64,000 nt of DNA from Octopus vulgaris (GCA_951406725.2 OX597835.1:5270001-5334000), one strand, 5' to 3'; positions 49,871 to 64,000 are shown, numbered from the stretch's first letter. Made by a program: numbers and translations. Notes: generated by a model from the letters alone, not told the origin.

Positions 49871-50383
49871 CTAGCAGTATCGTCCGGCGTTGCTCGGGTT
49901 TGTAAGGGAAATAACTATATAAGCATTTTTAGAGAGTTACTTCCCTTATAGATGCCAATTCGGGCTTTCTTAGCCATTTCTGTTTTGGTGTCTTCAAGCC
50001 ATGAAGTCGTTGTTCTAAAAGAACGCTGGTCTCCTTAACAACGCATTACGACATTGATTTCTTTACACTCCCTTCCCCACAGCTTCACGAGGGAGGGAAG
50101 AAGGGGGAGAAGCAAACAGGTGCAGGTGTGAGCGTGGACGCCAACTCCACCGCCATCGACACACGAAAAAATATGCATTAAAATGGAATAAAAAATGATG
50201 TTAAATTATTTTAAAAATCGTAGACTCATCGTAGACGCGCGCTAATACCCAGACGGGCTCGATATGAATCACGACTATAAGATACCCGAATTTGGTTAAA
50301 CTGCACCGCAAAATGTGGGAGTAGTTAGGAATCTAAATCGAAGGGGACAGACACTCACACAACTAGAGTTTTATATATATAGA
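49871..50383 (-). mobile_element. Non-autonomous Helitron; related copy at 56548-56929, diverged copy at ~52771-53070
   Basis: Minus strand 5' TCTATATATATAAAA; subterminal hairpin cccgagcaacgccgg; CTAG 3' end; A|T insertion site. Confidence 0.75.
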
Positions 50384-51197
50384 TATATATAATTAAAATA
50401 ATAAGGGTTTTTTGCAACAAGTTGCTTAAACCACATACCAAAAATATTAGAAATAGCAGCCAAAGGACTACTATTTCTTTTACTACAAAAATAAATCTCC
50501 ACAGACAACAATATTTGTAACTCACATATGGCAAAAGAAGAGAGAGAGAGAGGGAGAGAGAGAGCAATAAGAAATGGAGGGGATCAATATGTGGTATTCA
50601 TCAACTTTTAGACATTATATTATGTCAAGACCTTAATTACTCCTACTTCTCCATTTCTTATTCACCTTACTCTAATTAAATATTCGGAATGACCTGAGAT
50701 GCTCGTCCTGCCTTGGTTTTGTTTACCTTTTCCTTTGGTATATACCTGCTGATTCGGAAGCCTACTATGGATCCCTAGCTCCAGCCTCAGCTCTAAGCTT
50801 GGAACCTAACGAACGACCAATTATAGCACTTACACTACATACTTGGTGGTTTAGAGATCATAAGTGAACCAAACCCTTTATATTCTTATATATATATATA
50901 TATATCCGAATGTGGCCGTTGCCAGTGCCGCCTCGACTGGCCTCCATGCCGGTGGCACGTAAAAAGCACCAACCAATCGTGGCTGTTGCCAGCCTCATCT
51001 GGCACCTGTGCCAGTGGCACGTAAAAAGCACCCACTACACTCACAGAGTGGTTGGCATTAGGAAGGGCATCCAGTTGTAGAAACACTGCCAGATCAGACT
51101 GGAGCCTGGTGCAGCCTCCTGGCTTCCCAGACCCTGGTCAAACTGTCCAACCCATGCTAGCATGGTAAACAGACGTTAAATGATGATGATGATGATG

Positions 51198-51236
<39 letters not shown>

Positions 51237-51407
51237 CTATAATTTATGGTATCTAAGGGACACCTCCATGCTGGAAATAGCATGGAGGTGTCTCTTAGAT
51301 ACCCTAAATTATAAATTACGATTTTAATAATAATTATTACCTTTGAAGGTTTTTATTCCCATGCTGGCCACTTGATAAGATCAATATTTAAATTAACGAT
51401 CTTATCC

Positions 51408-51460
<53 letters not shown>

Positions 51461-54400
51461 TCAATGAAATTCCAACCAAGTCTGATTTTCACATTTTATT
51501 ATATATAATTTTTGCAATTTTACAATATTAAAATAGATTAGTACTTTCATGCGTTACACAGTCATCGGGTTTATGTAGTGACAATTGTATTCCACAATTG
51601 ACAACTATAGTGAAATGGTTGGGTTTGTCCTTTAAATGCCCTCCAATGGGCTCCAGCTGGCTGAATCTTACAAACTGCATTTTGACCAATCAGTATGTGG
51701 CTTCGATGTCACAGTTTGGTGACTGCGCCAACTTGGTTAGTATTGATCCCAATTTTTTCAAAGAGATATTTTAGTCAGTAGACATACAGCTTGGACATCA
51801 CAGTTTGATGGGCACATCAAGGATTTTCTACTTTCACTGAACCTAAAGAAGTAATTTTATCTGGCTATATTTTGAAGAGAGAGAGAGAGAGGTTAAGCAA
51901 ATTAAAATAATATTAAAAATCTGTATTAGGGAAGTCTCTGCTTGCTGAATAAATAGTTGCATATAGGCTGAGTGAAAATTCAACATTTATCTCCCTTGCT
52001 CCTTTTGAGAATAATTTTCGTTTTGTCCCAATAAACTTTTCCCTCGTTACAGTTACAGCTTCATCACACCATCTATCATCTCCACCCTCTATTCCTGGAA
52101 AGTTCAAGGGGATAGAGGCCTCGGGTACCTCCTCTAAAGAGTCCTATCAAAATCCAACATCATTAGACTTTCCAGTTCGATTCAAAAGTCTGGCCAAGTG
52201 AGTCTATGAACATTAGCCAAACACCTGGTTCTTCATTTACCTCTACGTTTCCTGCTGCTTCGCTTGGCTTAAAGAATCCATCTTACAATTCTTTCATTTT
52301 TCCATAAATTAAAAACTATTTTTAGCTTCCGAGTTGGCTGAAATATTATGCTATTATGCTGCAAGAATGGGAAGAAAGTAGTTTGGGGTTCCGGCACCAT
52401 GTACCATTCTTCATGTTTTTGATTCCTTGCATTCCAAAATTTAGAAAAAAGACCTTCTAGAATTTTCTGTATATAATATTTTCGTGCTGTACAAAAATTA
52501 TTGACATCTGGAGTAAGTATGGGTACGTGGTCAAGATGCTTGCTTCCCAACCACATGGTTCCAGGTTCAGATACACCGTGTGGTGTCTTGGGCAAGTGTC
52601 TTCTACTATAGCTCCAGGTTGATCAAACCCTAGTGAGTGGATTTGGTAGACAGGAACTGAAAGAAGCCATATATATATATGTTATATATATATATATATA
52701 TATAAAACATATATATATATACATATATAAAACATATATATATATATATAAAACATATATATATATATATACTAGCTTACGTAACTGGATAAATTGCGTA
52801 ACAGTTCAAATACTAAGAAATAAGCATACTCATGGGTTATTTCCCTTGGTTTTTAAAATAAAATATATTAGATATATATATAAGGATCCCTTCCAGGGGC
52901 CCTATTATCGATTTTATTTTTCAGCAATCTGAGTATGCCATGAAGTTTCCAGACATGAGTTCAAGTCACATGTCAAGTTTCATCAAAATCACTAAAACGA
53001 TGTAGGAGGGGTTGGCTAACAACTCCACAAACACACCCACAGACATAATTTCCTACATATGTAGTAAGACTGGCCTGTTTGCAAAGAATTTCTTTGAAAA
53101 GATTTTTGCTTATGGAGATATGTTATTCGAGCAGACACCAGTTTTTGTGCTACTATCGACTGATGATTCTGGTGATCATTCGTATGCTTATGTACTAGTG
53201 TTAATGATTGGTTAGTATGACCTTTCTTAGCACTTCCCATTTCTGAAAATCCAGTTGTCTCTTTGAGACTTCATTCTTTTTGATGAAGGAGAAATAATAG
53301 TTTAACCCTTTGGTGTTCACATTATTCTGCCAAAATTAATCCTTTTTCATCCACATTGTTTTAAACTAATCATGCATAAATCTTGTAGCTATGAGATTTT
53401 GATGAGGTAGCTGTTCATTTTTAAAATGATATTGTAGGGTTGGTGTGAGAGACCAGATCTGGCAAGTTTGAACATAACACAGACAGAATACTTTTGGCTG
53501 GATATGGCTGGTTTAAATGCTAAAGGATTAAAGAAAACAGAGAATACACTCTCTTACTCTTTTACTTGTTTCAGTCATTTGACTGCGGCCATGCTGGAGC
53601 ACCACCTTTAGTCGAGCAAATCGACCCCAGGACTTATTCTTTGTAAGCCCAGTACTTATTCTATCGGTCTCTTTTGCCGAACCGCTAAGTGACGGGGATG
53701 TAAACACACCAGCATCGGTTGTCAAGCAATGCTAGGGGGACAAACACAGACACACAAACATATACACATACACTTATATATATATATACACATACGACGG
53801 GCTTCTTTCAGTTTCCGTCTACCAAATCCACTCACAAGGCATTGGTCGGCCCGGGGCTATAGCAGAAGACACTTGCCCAAGATGCCACGCAGTGGGACTG
53901 AACCCAGAACCATGTGGTTGGTTAGCAAGCTACTTACCACACAGCCACTCCTGCATAGAATATTCACTTTTTTTTTATTGTTGTGCAGTCATATTAAGTT
54001 CTTTTTAGCCTGCATGCTGTTTCAGCCATTTGTCAGAGTCCATACTTGCACATTAAGGTGCATTATGATGTAATAAACAGGCAATGCCCAGAAGGAGCCA
54101 TTGTTTATTTATTACATCATAATGCACTTTAAGGTATGGACACCAATAAATGGCTGAAACATCACATTGCTAAAAAAAAGTACTTAATGATTTCACAATA
54201 ATTAAAAAAAAGGGAATACTTTATTCTTTTATTTGTTTCAGTCATTTGAGTGTAGCCACGCAGGAGTACCACCTTTTTAGTCAAACAAATCAACCCTGGG
54301 ACTTGTTCTTTGTAAGCCCAGTATTCATTCAATCGGTCTCTTTTGCCGAACCGCTAAGTTACAAGGACGTAAACAAACCAGTGTACTTTGTTTTCTTTCA

Positions 54401-57400
54401 ACTGTGTTGATTAGGCGCATGAGTGGCTGTGTGCATTAGGCGCAGGAGTGGTTGTGTGGTAAGTAGCTTGCTTACCATCCACATGGTCCCGGGTTCAGTC
54501 TTACTGCATGGCACCTTGGGCAAGTGTCTTCAACTATAGCCTCAGGCCTACCAAAGCCTTGTGAGTGGATTTGGTAGACGGAAACTGAAAGAAGCCTGTT
54601 GTATATATGTATATATATATATAAGAAAGTATGTGTGTGTATATGTTTGTGTGTCTGTGTTAGTCCCCCCAACATCGCTTGACAACCGATGCTGGTGTGT
54701 TTACGTCCCCGTAACTTAGCGGCATAATGAAGGTACGGTTCCAGCAGTGGAACCAATTAAGCACTGATTAACAATGGAACACCTCAAGATGGTGGAGGAT
54801 GGAATTATAGCGATGACATTCGAACCAGAGCCATCTAGTTTTGAAAATGAACTCCCACTTAGGTCTTTGGAATTGGCGTTTCAAGAGATGTCATTCAGCC
54901 ACAAAGAGAATCATTACAAGTTCTAGCAAACTCAATCTAATAGTGGCAGTAGCAGTGGTTGAGGCAGTAGTTGTGGTGGTGGTTGTGGTGGTGGTTGTGG
55001 TGGTGGTGGTGGTGGTGGCGGCGCCGGCGGTGGTGGTGGTGGTGGCGGCGCCGGCGGTGGTGGTGGTGGTGGCAGTGGTTGTGGTGGTTGTGGTGGTGGT
55101 GGTGGTAGTATTGGTAAATGGTACAGAATTCCAGAAGTGTAATAACTGGAAGAATTCATGTAGTCTGAGTGAGAGTATTTGACCCTGAAATTCTCCACTC
55201 AGTTACCATAACAGCAGAGCTGTGTGAGCAGGAAGTCTAACATACTTAGAATAACCCGATTCTTACAGTGTTAATAACATTGTTAGTTTTTCTGACATAA
55301 TCTTTTAACAGTGTCGATCCACCAAAATACCTTTTTATATTTTCATAAAATGGAAGTAAAAATGTGTTGGGAGAAAGATAGAACTGCTAACACGGCTACA
55401 CCCAAACCAAAAATAGATTCTAATGTTTGGAACTGTTTTGGGGAATAGGGATAAAATAAGGTTTGTTTGCTTTTTTTTTTTTCTTTTCGAGAACATTTTT
55501 TAGAAAGTATAGAATTTTGTAGTGTCGAAAGGAATTTTGCTGTTACAAGCAAAATTGTATATAACAGGCGCAGGAGTGGCTGTGTGGTAAGTAGCTTGCT
55601 AACCAACCACACGGTTGCGGGTTCAGTCCCACTGCGTGGCATCTTGGGCAAGTGTCTTCTGCTATAGCCCCGGGCCGACCAATGCCTTGTGAGTGGATTT
55701 GGTAGACGGAAACTGAAAGAAGCCTGTCGTATATATGTATATATATGTATATGTGTGTGTGTTTGTGTGTCTGTGTTTGTCCCCCTAGCATTGCTTGACA
55801 ACCGATGCTGGTGTGTTTAGGTCCCCGTCACTTAGCGGTTCGGCAAAAAGAGACCGATAGAATAAGTACTAAAAGGTGGTGCTCCAGCATGGCCGCAGTC
55901 AAATGACTGAAACAAGTAAAAAGAGTAAAAAGAGTAAAGAGTAACAAGGAAATTCTGTAGGGTAGAGTAGAAATTCTTCATTTGTTTACATTTCCAGCAT
56001 AACTTTATGTAATGTCAGCAGCTGAAAATGGTCAATTCTTTTAGTCTTTTACTGCTTTCACTCTCTGGACTGCGACCATGCTGAAGCACTCAAATGTTGT
56101 AGTTCATCATACTGACCTTGGTACATAGGATATATATATAAATATATATGTGCGTGTAATTTTCTCGTTTTATATATATATAGTTACATCCAACCCATAC
56201 TAGCATAGAAAACGGACGTTAAACACTGATGATGATGATGACAATGATGATATATATATATATGAAAGCATCAACAGCAACAACAAAAAAATCGAGAATG
56301 AAATATATTTCTGATTTTTAAGTATAAATAGCTGGGGTTGTCATTATGTCATATATCACATATCACTTAAATAAATACAATATATTAACCCTTTTCATAC
56401 CCAACCAGCCTAAAAACCATGCCTGGTTCTATGACTTCTTTGTACTAAAGTGATCGAAATTACAAACCATCGATCAAAATTTCATGTTTGGTTATATTCC
56501 AAACACCAGTTTGATAATGACAAAATCACTCTTACTTATTTTTAAAACTAGCAGTATCGCCCGGCGTTGCTCGGATTTGTAAGGGAAATAACTATAAAGC
56601 ATTTTTAGAGAGTTATAGCAAAAAAATAGAAAAAAATGGAAAAAAAATTATGGTAAATTTTTTTGAGAGTTAAAAAGGTCGAGTTGCGGCCCCTAGACAG
56701 TCTGTGGTTTGTGTTTCTGATTCTCGACCCCATGTCGAATTTATCGATTTTTTTCAGAACTGGGGGAACTTTTTATAATTTTCGCTGCGTTAGTTTTGAA
56801 TTATGACATTGGGCTATGTGTGTGTCAAGTTTCATCAGAATCGGTTGAAAGCCATGGTCAGGGTGAGGGTACAACCTGACAGACACACAGACACACAGAC
56901 AGACAAACTGCCGTTTATATATAGAGAGATTAGTTGAAACAAAGATGGTGTATTTCAAAAGAAATATACTAACAATAGGATTAAATTATAAAATTTTAGT
57001 AGAAGAAGGGTTTCTGCTCTCTGCTTGGGTAGAGGAGTTGAAACTTCAACCCATTATTCCGTCAAATGTAATGATTATTTAATCACAATGTTTTGAATTA
57101 ATGGCTTCCGTGCCGGTGGCACGTTAAAAGCACCAACCGATCGTGGTTGATGCCGGACTCCCCTGGCACCAGTGCAGGTGGCACATAAAAAGCACCCACG
57201 ACACTCGCGGAGTGGTTGGCGTTAGGAAGGGCATCCAGCTGTAGAAACACTGCCAGATCAGACTGGAGCCTGGTGCAGCCTCCTGGCTTCCCAGACCCCG
57301 GTCGAACCGTCCAACCCGTGCTAGCGCGGATAACGGACGTTAAACGATGATGATGATGATGATGATGCAGTATCTCATAGCTTTGGGGTTTCAATGATGA

Positions 57401-58389
57401 GATAGTTTATTGTTAGAATGAGATTGTAGGGTAGGTGTAAGAGGCCAAATACGGCTGGTTTCGGCATAAAACATGTAGACTGTCTGAGCAGGATATGACC
57501 AGTTTAAAATGCGAATGGATTAAACTTACTTTCAAACTGTTATTTCAACAGAACTTATGCAACATTCCTCAAACTCTACTTTCTGCATAAAACAGATAAA
57601 AACCCTAAAACAAACAATATGACAAGTGATATCACCTTTAAATATTACAAACACCTTTAATCAACAAGCCTAACCTTCTCGTAGTGACACAAGGTCAGAG
57701 ACAAACAAAACGTTGTAGTTCAGTCTGACAAACTAATATTTAAACAAGATTGACCTGGCCTTACCACTAAAAACAATTTGTAGAAATGGTTGTTGACTCG
57801 TGATTTTAAAAGAAAAAAAACGGAAATTAAAAAGCGGTAAGAAGCTTGCTTTCTAAGCACATGGTTCAGGGTTCAGTCTCACTGTATGGCACCTTGGGCA
57901 TAGTCTTCTATAATAGTCTTAGGCTGACCAAATCCTTGTGAGTGGATGTGGTAGACAGAAACTGAAAGAAGCCTGGTGGTGGGAGAAATACAGACACAAA
58001 GACACACACACACGCATATATATATCTGTGTGTGTGTGTGTCTGTTTGTCCCACCCCACCTCACTGCTTAACAACCAGTGTTGGTGTGTTGATGTCCCTG
58101 TAACTTAGTGGTTCAGCAAAAGAGACCAATAGAATAAGTAGTAGGCTTAAAAATAAATTAGTCCTGGGGTCAATTTGTTCAACCGAAACACTTTAAGGCA
58201 GTGCTCCAGCATGGCTGCAGTCAAAATGACTGAAACAAGTAAAAGAATAAAAGAAAGATAAATATTCTTTCAAAGAATAGAACACAGTTATGGCTGAATG
58301 AGTGCTTAAGAAGTTTACTTGGCACCCAGTTGGTTCTGGGTTCCATTCCACGGCATGGCAGCACAATGGGCAAGTGTCTTCTCTTACAC

Positions 58390-59250
58390 ATCATCATCAT
58401 CATCATCATCATTTAGCGTCCGTTTTCCATGCTAGCATGGGCTGGGCGGTTCAACTGGGGTCTGGGGAGCCAGGGGGCTGCTCCAGGCTCCACTCTGATC
58501 TGGCAATGTTTCTACAGCTGGATGCCCTTCCTAACGCCAACCACTCCGTGAGTGTAGTGGGTGCTTTTTACGTGCCACCCGCGCAGGTGCCAGACAGAGC
58601 TGGCAAACGGCCACGAACGGATGGTGCTTTTACGTGCCACCGGCACAGGGGCCAGGCAAGGCTGGCTACGGACACAAGCGGATGGTGCTTTTACGTGCCA
58701 CCGGCATGGGGGCCAGGCGAGGCTGGCAACGGACATGAACGGATGGTGCTTTTACGTGTCACCGACACGGGGCCCAGGCGAGGCTGGCAACGGACACGAA
58801 TGGATGGTGCTTTTACGTGCCACTGGCACGGGGCCCAGGCGAGGCTGGCAAACAGCCACGAACGGATGGTGCTTTTACGTGCCACCGGCACGGGGGCCAG
58901 GCAAGGCTGGCAACGGACACGAACGGATGGTGCTTTTACGTGCCACCGGCACGGGGGCCAGGCGAGGCTGGCAAACGGCCACGAACGGATGGTGCTTTTA
59001 CGTGTCACCGGCACGGGGGCCAGGCGAGGCTGGCAACGGACACGAACAGATGGTGCTTTTACGTGTCACCGGCATGGGGGCCAGGCGAGGCTGGCTACGG
59101 ACACGAGCGGATGGTGCTTTTACGTGTCACCGGCACGGGGGCCAGGCGAGGCTGGCAACGGACACGAGCGGATGGTGCTTTTACGTGTCACCGGCACGGG
59201 GGGCCAGGCGAGGCTGGCAACGGACACGAACGGATGGTGCTTTTACGTGC
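58390..59250 (-). repeat. RTE-tail (family C) copy with an expanded array of 12 motifs, 61-62 bp period; other C copies at 13915-14250, 20560-21110, 22400-22668, 28058-28340, 31830-32260, 34770-35000, 38680-38945, 48070-48450, 50907-51197, 57100-57367, 63830-64000
   Basis: gtgcttttacgtg(c/t)caccggcac recurs at ~58561, 58625, 58685, 58746, 58807, 58869, 58930, 58992, 59053, 59114, 59175, 59237. Confidence 0.9.
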
Positions 59251-60635
59251 CTGAGTGAAACTTCATAAACGACAGTTGCATGTGTGTATGTATGTTTGCG
59301 TCAGTGAATGTTTATACCAGCATGGGTGAGAACTGGTGCATTCAAACAGAAATGTCTTGTACTATTCAAGTTCAACAAAATTATGTCCCTTTACACCAGT
59401 GCCCCCTCACATTTTATACCTGACAAGATGTACCAAGTACCAAAGTATTAGAGTCCATACAGTATAAGCAACTAAAATCTGTAAAGTTGATGCTCCAGCT
59501 AGGCCACACTCCAAAGACTGAAACCAATAAAATAAAGAATAAAGACTGTATTTTTTTGCTTTTGTTTTTTCATTTCCTAAATATAAAAAAAAATCCATTC
59601 AATGGTTGACAACTGTACTTTAATACATTTAATAATAATAATTAAGAACATTTAACTCGTTATGCTAAAGCATCATCAATGGATGAAGATGATGATTCTG
59701 AATATGTAGTGTTTGAATGAAAGTAGAAGCTATGAGGGGGTGGGGGCAACTGGAGGGTTTTGGTTGCTTACCCTTGCCCCCACCCACCCACCCCCAATAC
59801 AACACCTTCTATGTGCCAGTGCAAGAGAAGAACTTATGGAAGAAGAAGCAGTGGTATTTTGTTGTTGGCATATGTGGTACCCTGGCTGTTTCTATGAAAG
59901 GTCAGCTGTCTGTGGTACCAAGAGGGTCATATGTTAGTTGGGGGCCATAGCCATGGCTTATAACAAAACCAAAACTCTGTTTTATGGTGGGAAAACTTGC
60001 ACAACTTCATCCGAACTTTCTCGCCTTGAATCATCTGGATCTAATGGCAAGACGTGGTCAAGATGGTTCCACATAAAACTGGACACTGACACTGCTTAAC
60101 ACTTGGCAAAGTTTAACAAGAAATTATCAGTGGGATTTCTCTCTTTTCTGTTAGGCTTGTTTCCCTTATTTTTTCTGTCCCCTACCCACCAGACACAAGA
60201 TAGTAAGACCATCATCTAACCCTTAGTTAGAGGTGGGTCAATTGTAATCATGCACAACGGTCTTTACTCAGAAGACAGTTAGGGTTGATTGTTTAAGAAC
60301 TTGATGGGAATGGGGCATGATCCGTCCCTGCCCCAGTGATCTTACTGAGTGCTTGGTTACCTACTCGGGTATTTCTGTCACCACACAAACATTTATCAAT
60401 ACTGACTGAATGAAATAGATAATCCTTATCCTCTATTACAGAATTCAAAACTGAAAAAACAACAAAAACAGTGATGGTTTCCACCAACAAATCCTAGTAA
60501 ATAATATTTACAGCATTGAATCAATTTCAATCAGAGCCCTGCCAAAAATCGGATCTTTACTGCCCTATCCAAAACATAGAAATTCAAAAGGGTCAGCCCA
60601 AACTATTAGAACCATGTGGTTGGGAAGCAAGCTTC

Positions 60636-60801
60636 TTATTTCTTTATTGCCCACAACGGGCTAAACACAGAGGGGACAAACAAGGACAGACAAACGGATT
60701 AAGTCAATTATACAGACCCCAGTGCATAACTGGTACTTAATTTATCGACCCCGAAAGGAAACACTGTATCATTTAATCCAGTGTAAGGTTTGAATATGAA
60801 G

Positions 60802-60848
<47 letters not shown>

Positions 60849-60977
60849 GTTTCAAATTTTGGCACGGGGGAGGGGGTAAGGAATTACATCGACCCCAGTG
60901 CATAACTGGTACTTAATTTATCAACCCCGAAAGGAAACACTGTATCATTCAATCCAGTGTAAGGTTTGAATATGAAG

Positions 60978-61033
<56 letters not shown>

Positions 61034-61162
61034 GTTTCAGATTTTGGCACGGGGGAGGGGGTAAGGAATTACATCGACCCCAGTGCATAACTGGTACTAA
61101 ATTTATCAACCCCGAAAGGAAACACTGTATCATTCAATCCAGTGTAAGGTTTGAATATGAAG

Positions 61163-61221
<59 letters not shown>

Positions 61222-61350
61222 GTTTCAGATTTTGGCACGGGGGAGTGGGTAAAGAATTACATCGACCACAGTACATAACTGGTACTTATTTTATCAACCC
61301 CGAAAGGAAACACTGTATCATTCAATCCAGTGTAAGGTTTGAATATGAAG

Positions 61351-61412
<62 letters not shown>

Positions 61413-61785
61413 GTTTCAGATTTTGGCACGGGGGAGTGGGTAAGGAATTACATCGACCCCAGTACATAACTGGTACTTATTTTATCGACCCCGAAAGGAT
61501 GAAAGGTCGACCTCGACGGAATTTGAACTCAGAATGTAATGGCAGACAAAATACCTATTTCTTTATTACCCACAAGGGGCTAAACACAGAGGGGACAAAC
61601 AAGGACAGACATAGGTATTAAGTCGATTACATCGACCCCAGTACGTAACTGGTACTTAATTTATCGACCCCGAAAGGATGAAAGGTAAAGTCGACCTCGA
61701 CGGAATTTGAACTCAGAATGTATTTGAACGCAGACGAAATACCGCTAAGCATTTCGCCTGGCATCCTAACATTTCTGCCAGTTAA
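60636..61785 (-). repeat. SINE-B-derived tandem array (periods 176/185/188/191 bp, each unit containing (AAT)n) joined to a SINE-B dimer
   Basis: Unit marker gacc(c/a)cagt(g/a)cataactgg at 60715, 60891, 61076, 61264, 61455. Confidence 0.85.
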
Positions 61786-64000
61786 CATTTCTGCGTGATA
61801 AGCTTCTTATCACACAGCAACACCTGCAAATGCTTTCTTTTCTTTCTGCTTTTAATCTCCATGTGATATGCAACAAATCTTTTTTAAAAATTTCATGTGT
61901 GTCAGGAAGCTTAAAAGACTGAGAACTGTTGCTTTGCAACAAACTGACATTAGGGAACCAAATTCTTATATAAAATAAAACCTAAAGTGAGTTGATTCTG
62001 AAACCTAATGGAAATGACATTTCAAACACTTATAAATAAAGTATAAGTACAAACTCCGGAACAACACCAAACAAACAAACAAATATATTCACAGAATGAA
62101 ACTATCCAAGTTAAAAAACGTAAACTATAAAACTATGCTCACATTTTTTCCTCTACTCAGGAGAAAAATTCTGGCAACATAAATAAATAAATAAGTAATT
62201 TTGTTTTACCCTGGAAATAATTTGATCTTGTTTGCCAAAATAAATTAAATAAAAACAAACTGAAACATGAAATAGCTTTAAAGGGGTGGAGGTGACTGAC
62301 AGAAAGGAAAATAAGACATTTTGTTTCTATAAATAAACTGGGTAAATTCTTATACTTTACAGAAAATCTCAAACACACACACACACACACACACACAGAC
62401 AATCTTTTAAAAATAGTTAAGGGAAATGAGAAAGTTTCTATGAGAAATTATGTTTTGCAAATACTTATGGAATGAAGCCACAAGTCAAAACATTTCTAAA
62501 ATAATATCATTATTATTATTATTATTATTATCATTATTATTATTATTATTATTATTATTTTGTTCAACAGGAAATTCTATATTTAAAAATGCAACTCTGT
62601 TAAAACAAAAAAAATAATTAAATGTTATGTAGGTAGGCGCAGGAGTGGCTGTGTGGTAAGTAGCTTGCTAACCAACTACATGGTTCCGGGTTCAGTCCCA
62701 CTGCGTGGCATCTTGAGCAAGTGTCTTCTGCTATAGCCCCGGGCCAACCAAATGCCTTGTGAATGGATTTGGTAGACGGAAACTGAAAGAAGCCCGTCGT
62801 ATATATGTATATATATATATATATGTGTGTATGTGTTTGTGTGTCTGTGTTTGTCCCCCTAGCATTGCTTGACAACCGATGCTGGTGTGTTTACGTCCCC
62901 GTCACTTAGTGGTTCGGCAAAACAGACCGATAGAATAAGTACTGGGCTTACAAAGAATAAGTCCCGGGGTCGATTAGCTCGACTAAAGGCGGTGCTCCAG
63001 CATGGCCGTAGTCAAATGACTGAAACATGTAAAAGAGTAAAAGAGTAAAAAGAGAGTAGGTGTATTTTGATCGACACATGTTTTGTATGGAGAAGACCTA
63101 ACACAGAGAGAAAATGGATATGGAAACATGAGCTTTCGTCTGGCATTCTGTCAGTTACAATGAGTATTCCAGTCGATCTGACCAACAGAATGGCTTACTG
63201 ATGAAATTTGGGTGGTAAGTAGCTTGCTTACCAACCACATGGTTCCGGGTTCAGTCCCACTGCGTGGCACCTTGGGCAAGTGTCTTCTACTATAGCCTCA
63301 AGACGACCAATGCCTTGTGAGTGGATTTGGTAGACGGAAACTGAAAGATGCCTGTCGTATATATGTATATATATATACAGGAATCGAAACCACAATCTTA
63401 CGATCATGATGCTGACACCCTAACCACTAAGCCACGCGCCTCCTACACATATGCATACATATATACAAAAATACCCTGTTGTTGATGTTGAAATTCCAAT
63501 GAAGGAGCCTTGGATCTAGGTTAGAAACCGGTTCTTTCTCTATTGGCAAGAAATCTTGAAATAAAACTGAATAATGACATACATGCGTACATGGATGCAT
63601 GTCCATTCAATTTGAGTGTAAAACAATGTAGTATGCTTTAGAAAGCTTCTCTACAGGTATTGGTTAACGAATGCATTCTATACTGAGATTGTTCATATCA
63701 CTGAATATAGATCCGGAGATCTGTGAATATTTGTAGAATATGTATAGAAACATGTGCTGATACCTGAAGATTCATAATGGAATAGTATTGTTGGAATAAT
63801 AACAATGGCATGATGTGTCATTTTATATTTTCATCATCATTGTCATCATCATCATCATCGTCATCGTTTAAAGTCTGTTTTCCGTGCTAGCATGGGTTGG
63901 ACGGTTCGACCGGGGTCTGGGAAGCCAGGAGGCTGCACCAGGCTCCAGTCTGATCTGGCAGTGTTTCTACAGCTTGATGCCCTTCCCAAAGCCAAACCAT

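Noticed and set aside
58302-59268. Long ORFs (318 aa and 235 aa) and a CRISPR-like repeat/spacer look
   Set aside because: The ORFs come from a stop-poor 61-bp tandem repeat. Spacers within the array are near-identical, the context is eukaryotic, there are no cas genes, and the array is part of an RTE tail.
49757-64000. Promoter / non-coding first exon of NT5C2
   Set aside because: The acceptor 8 nt before the ATG implies an upstream exon, but no candidate can be supported from sequence alone

Overview
Eukaryotic, AT-rich, repeat-dense DNA. The SINE/RTE/Penelope repeat families look like those of an Octopus (coleoid cephalopod) genome; this assignment is inferred from recalled repeat families, not from a search. 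Two spliced genes converge tail to tail. (1) On the + strand are the last three coding exons (683-3868) of a single-pass membrane protein with a VWDE-like Cys motif. (2) On the - strand is a complete 17-exon CDS (49748->19781; 1683 nt, 560 aa; all GT-AG, all phases consistent) for cytosolic purine 5'-nucleotidase (NT5C2/cN-II). The rest is several tRNA-derived SINE families, RTE LINE fragments, Tc1/mariner relics, MITEs, non-autonomous Helitrons, and micro/minisatellites. Nearly all ORFs in the supplied track are repeat artefacts. Most interesting: several minimal hammerhead ribozymes, including one inside a tRNA-headed, SINE-like element with an inverted 5' duplication and one U3-A8 covariant. 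Also notable: an NT5C2 whose substitutions at conserved regulatory residues are often a single A->G from the conserved residue (candidate restorative A-to-I editing), and a hairpin/pseudoknot-repeat array in RTE 3' tails.
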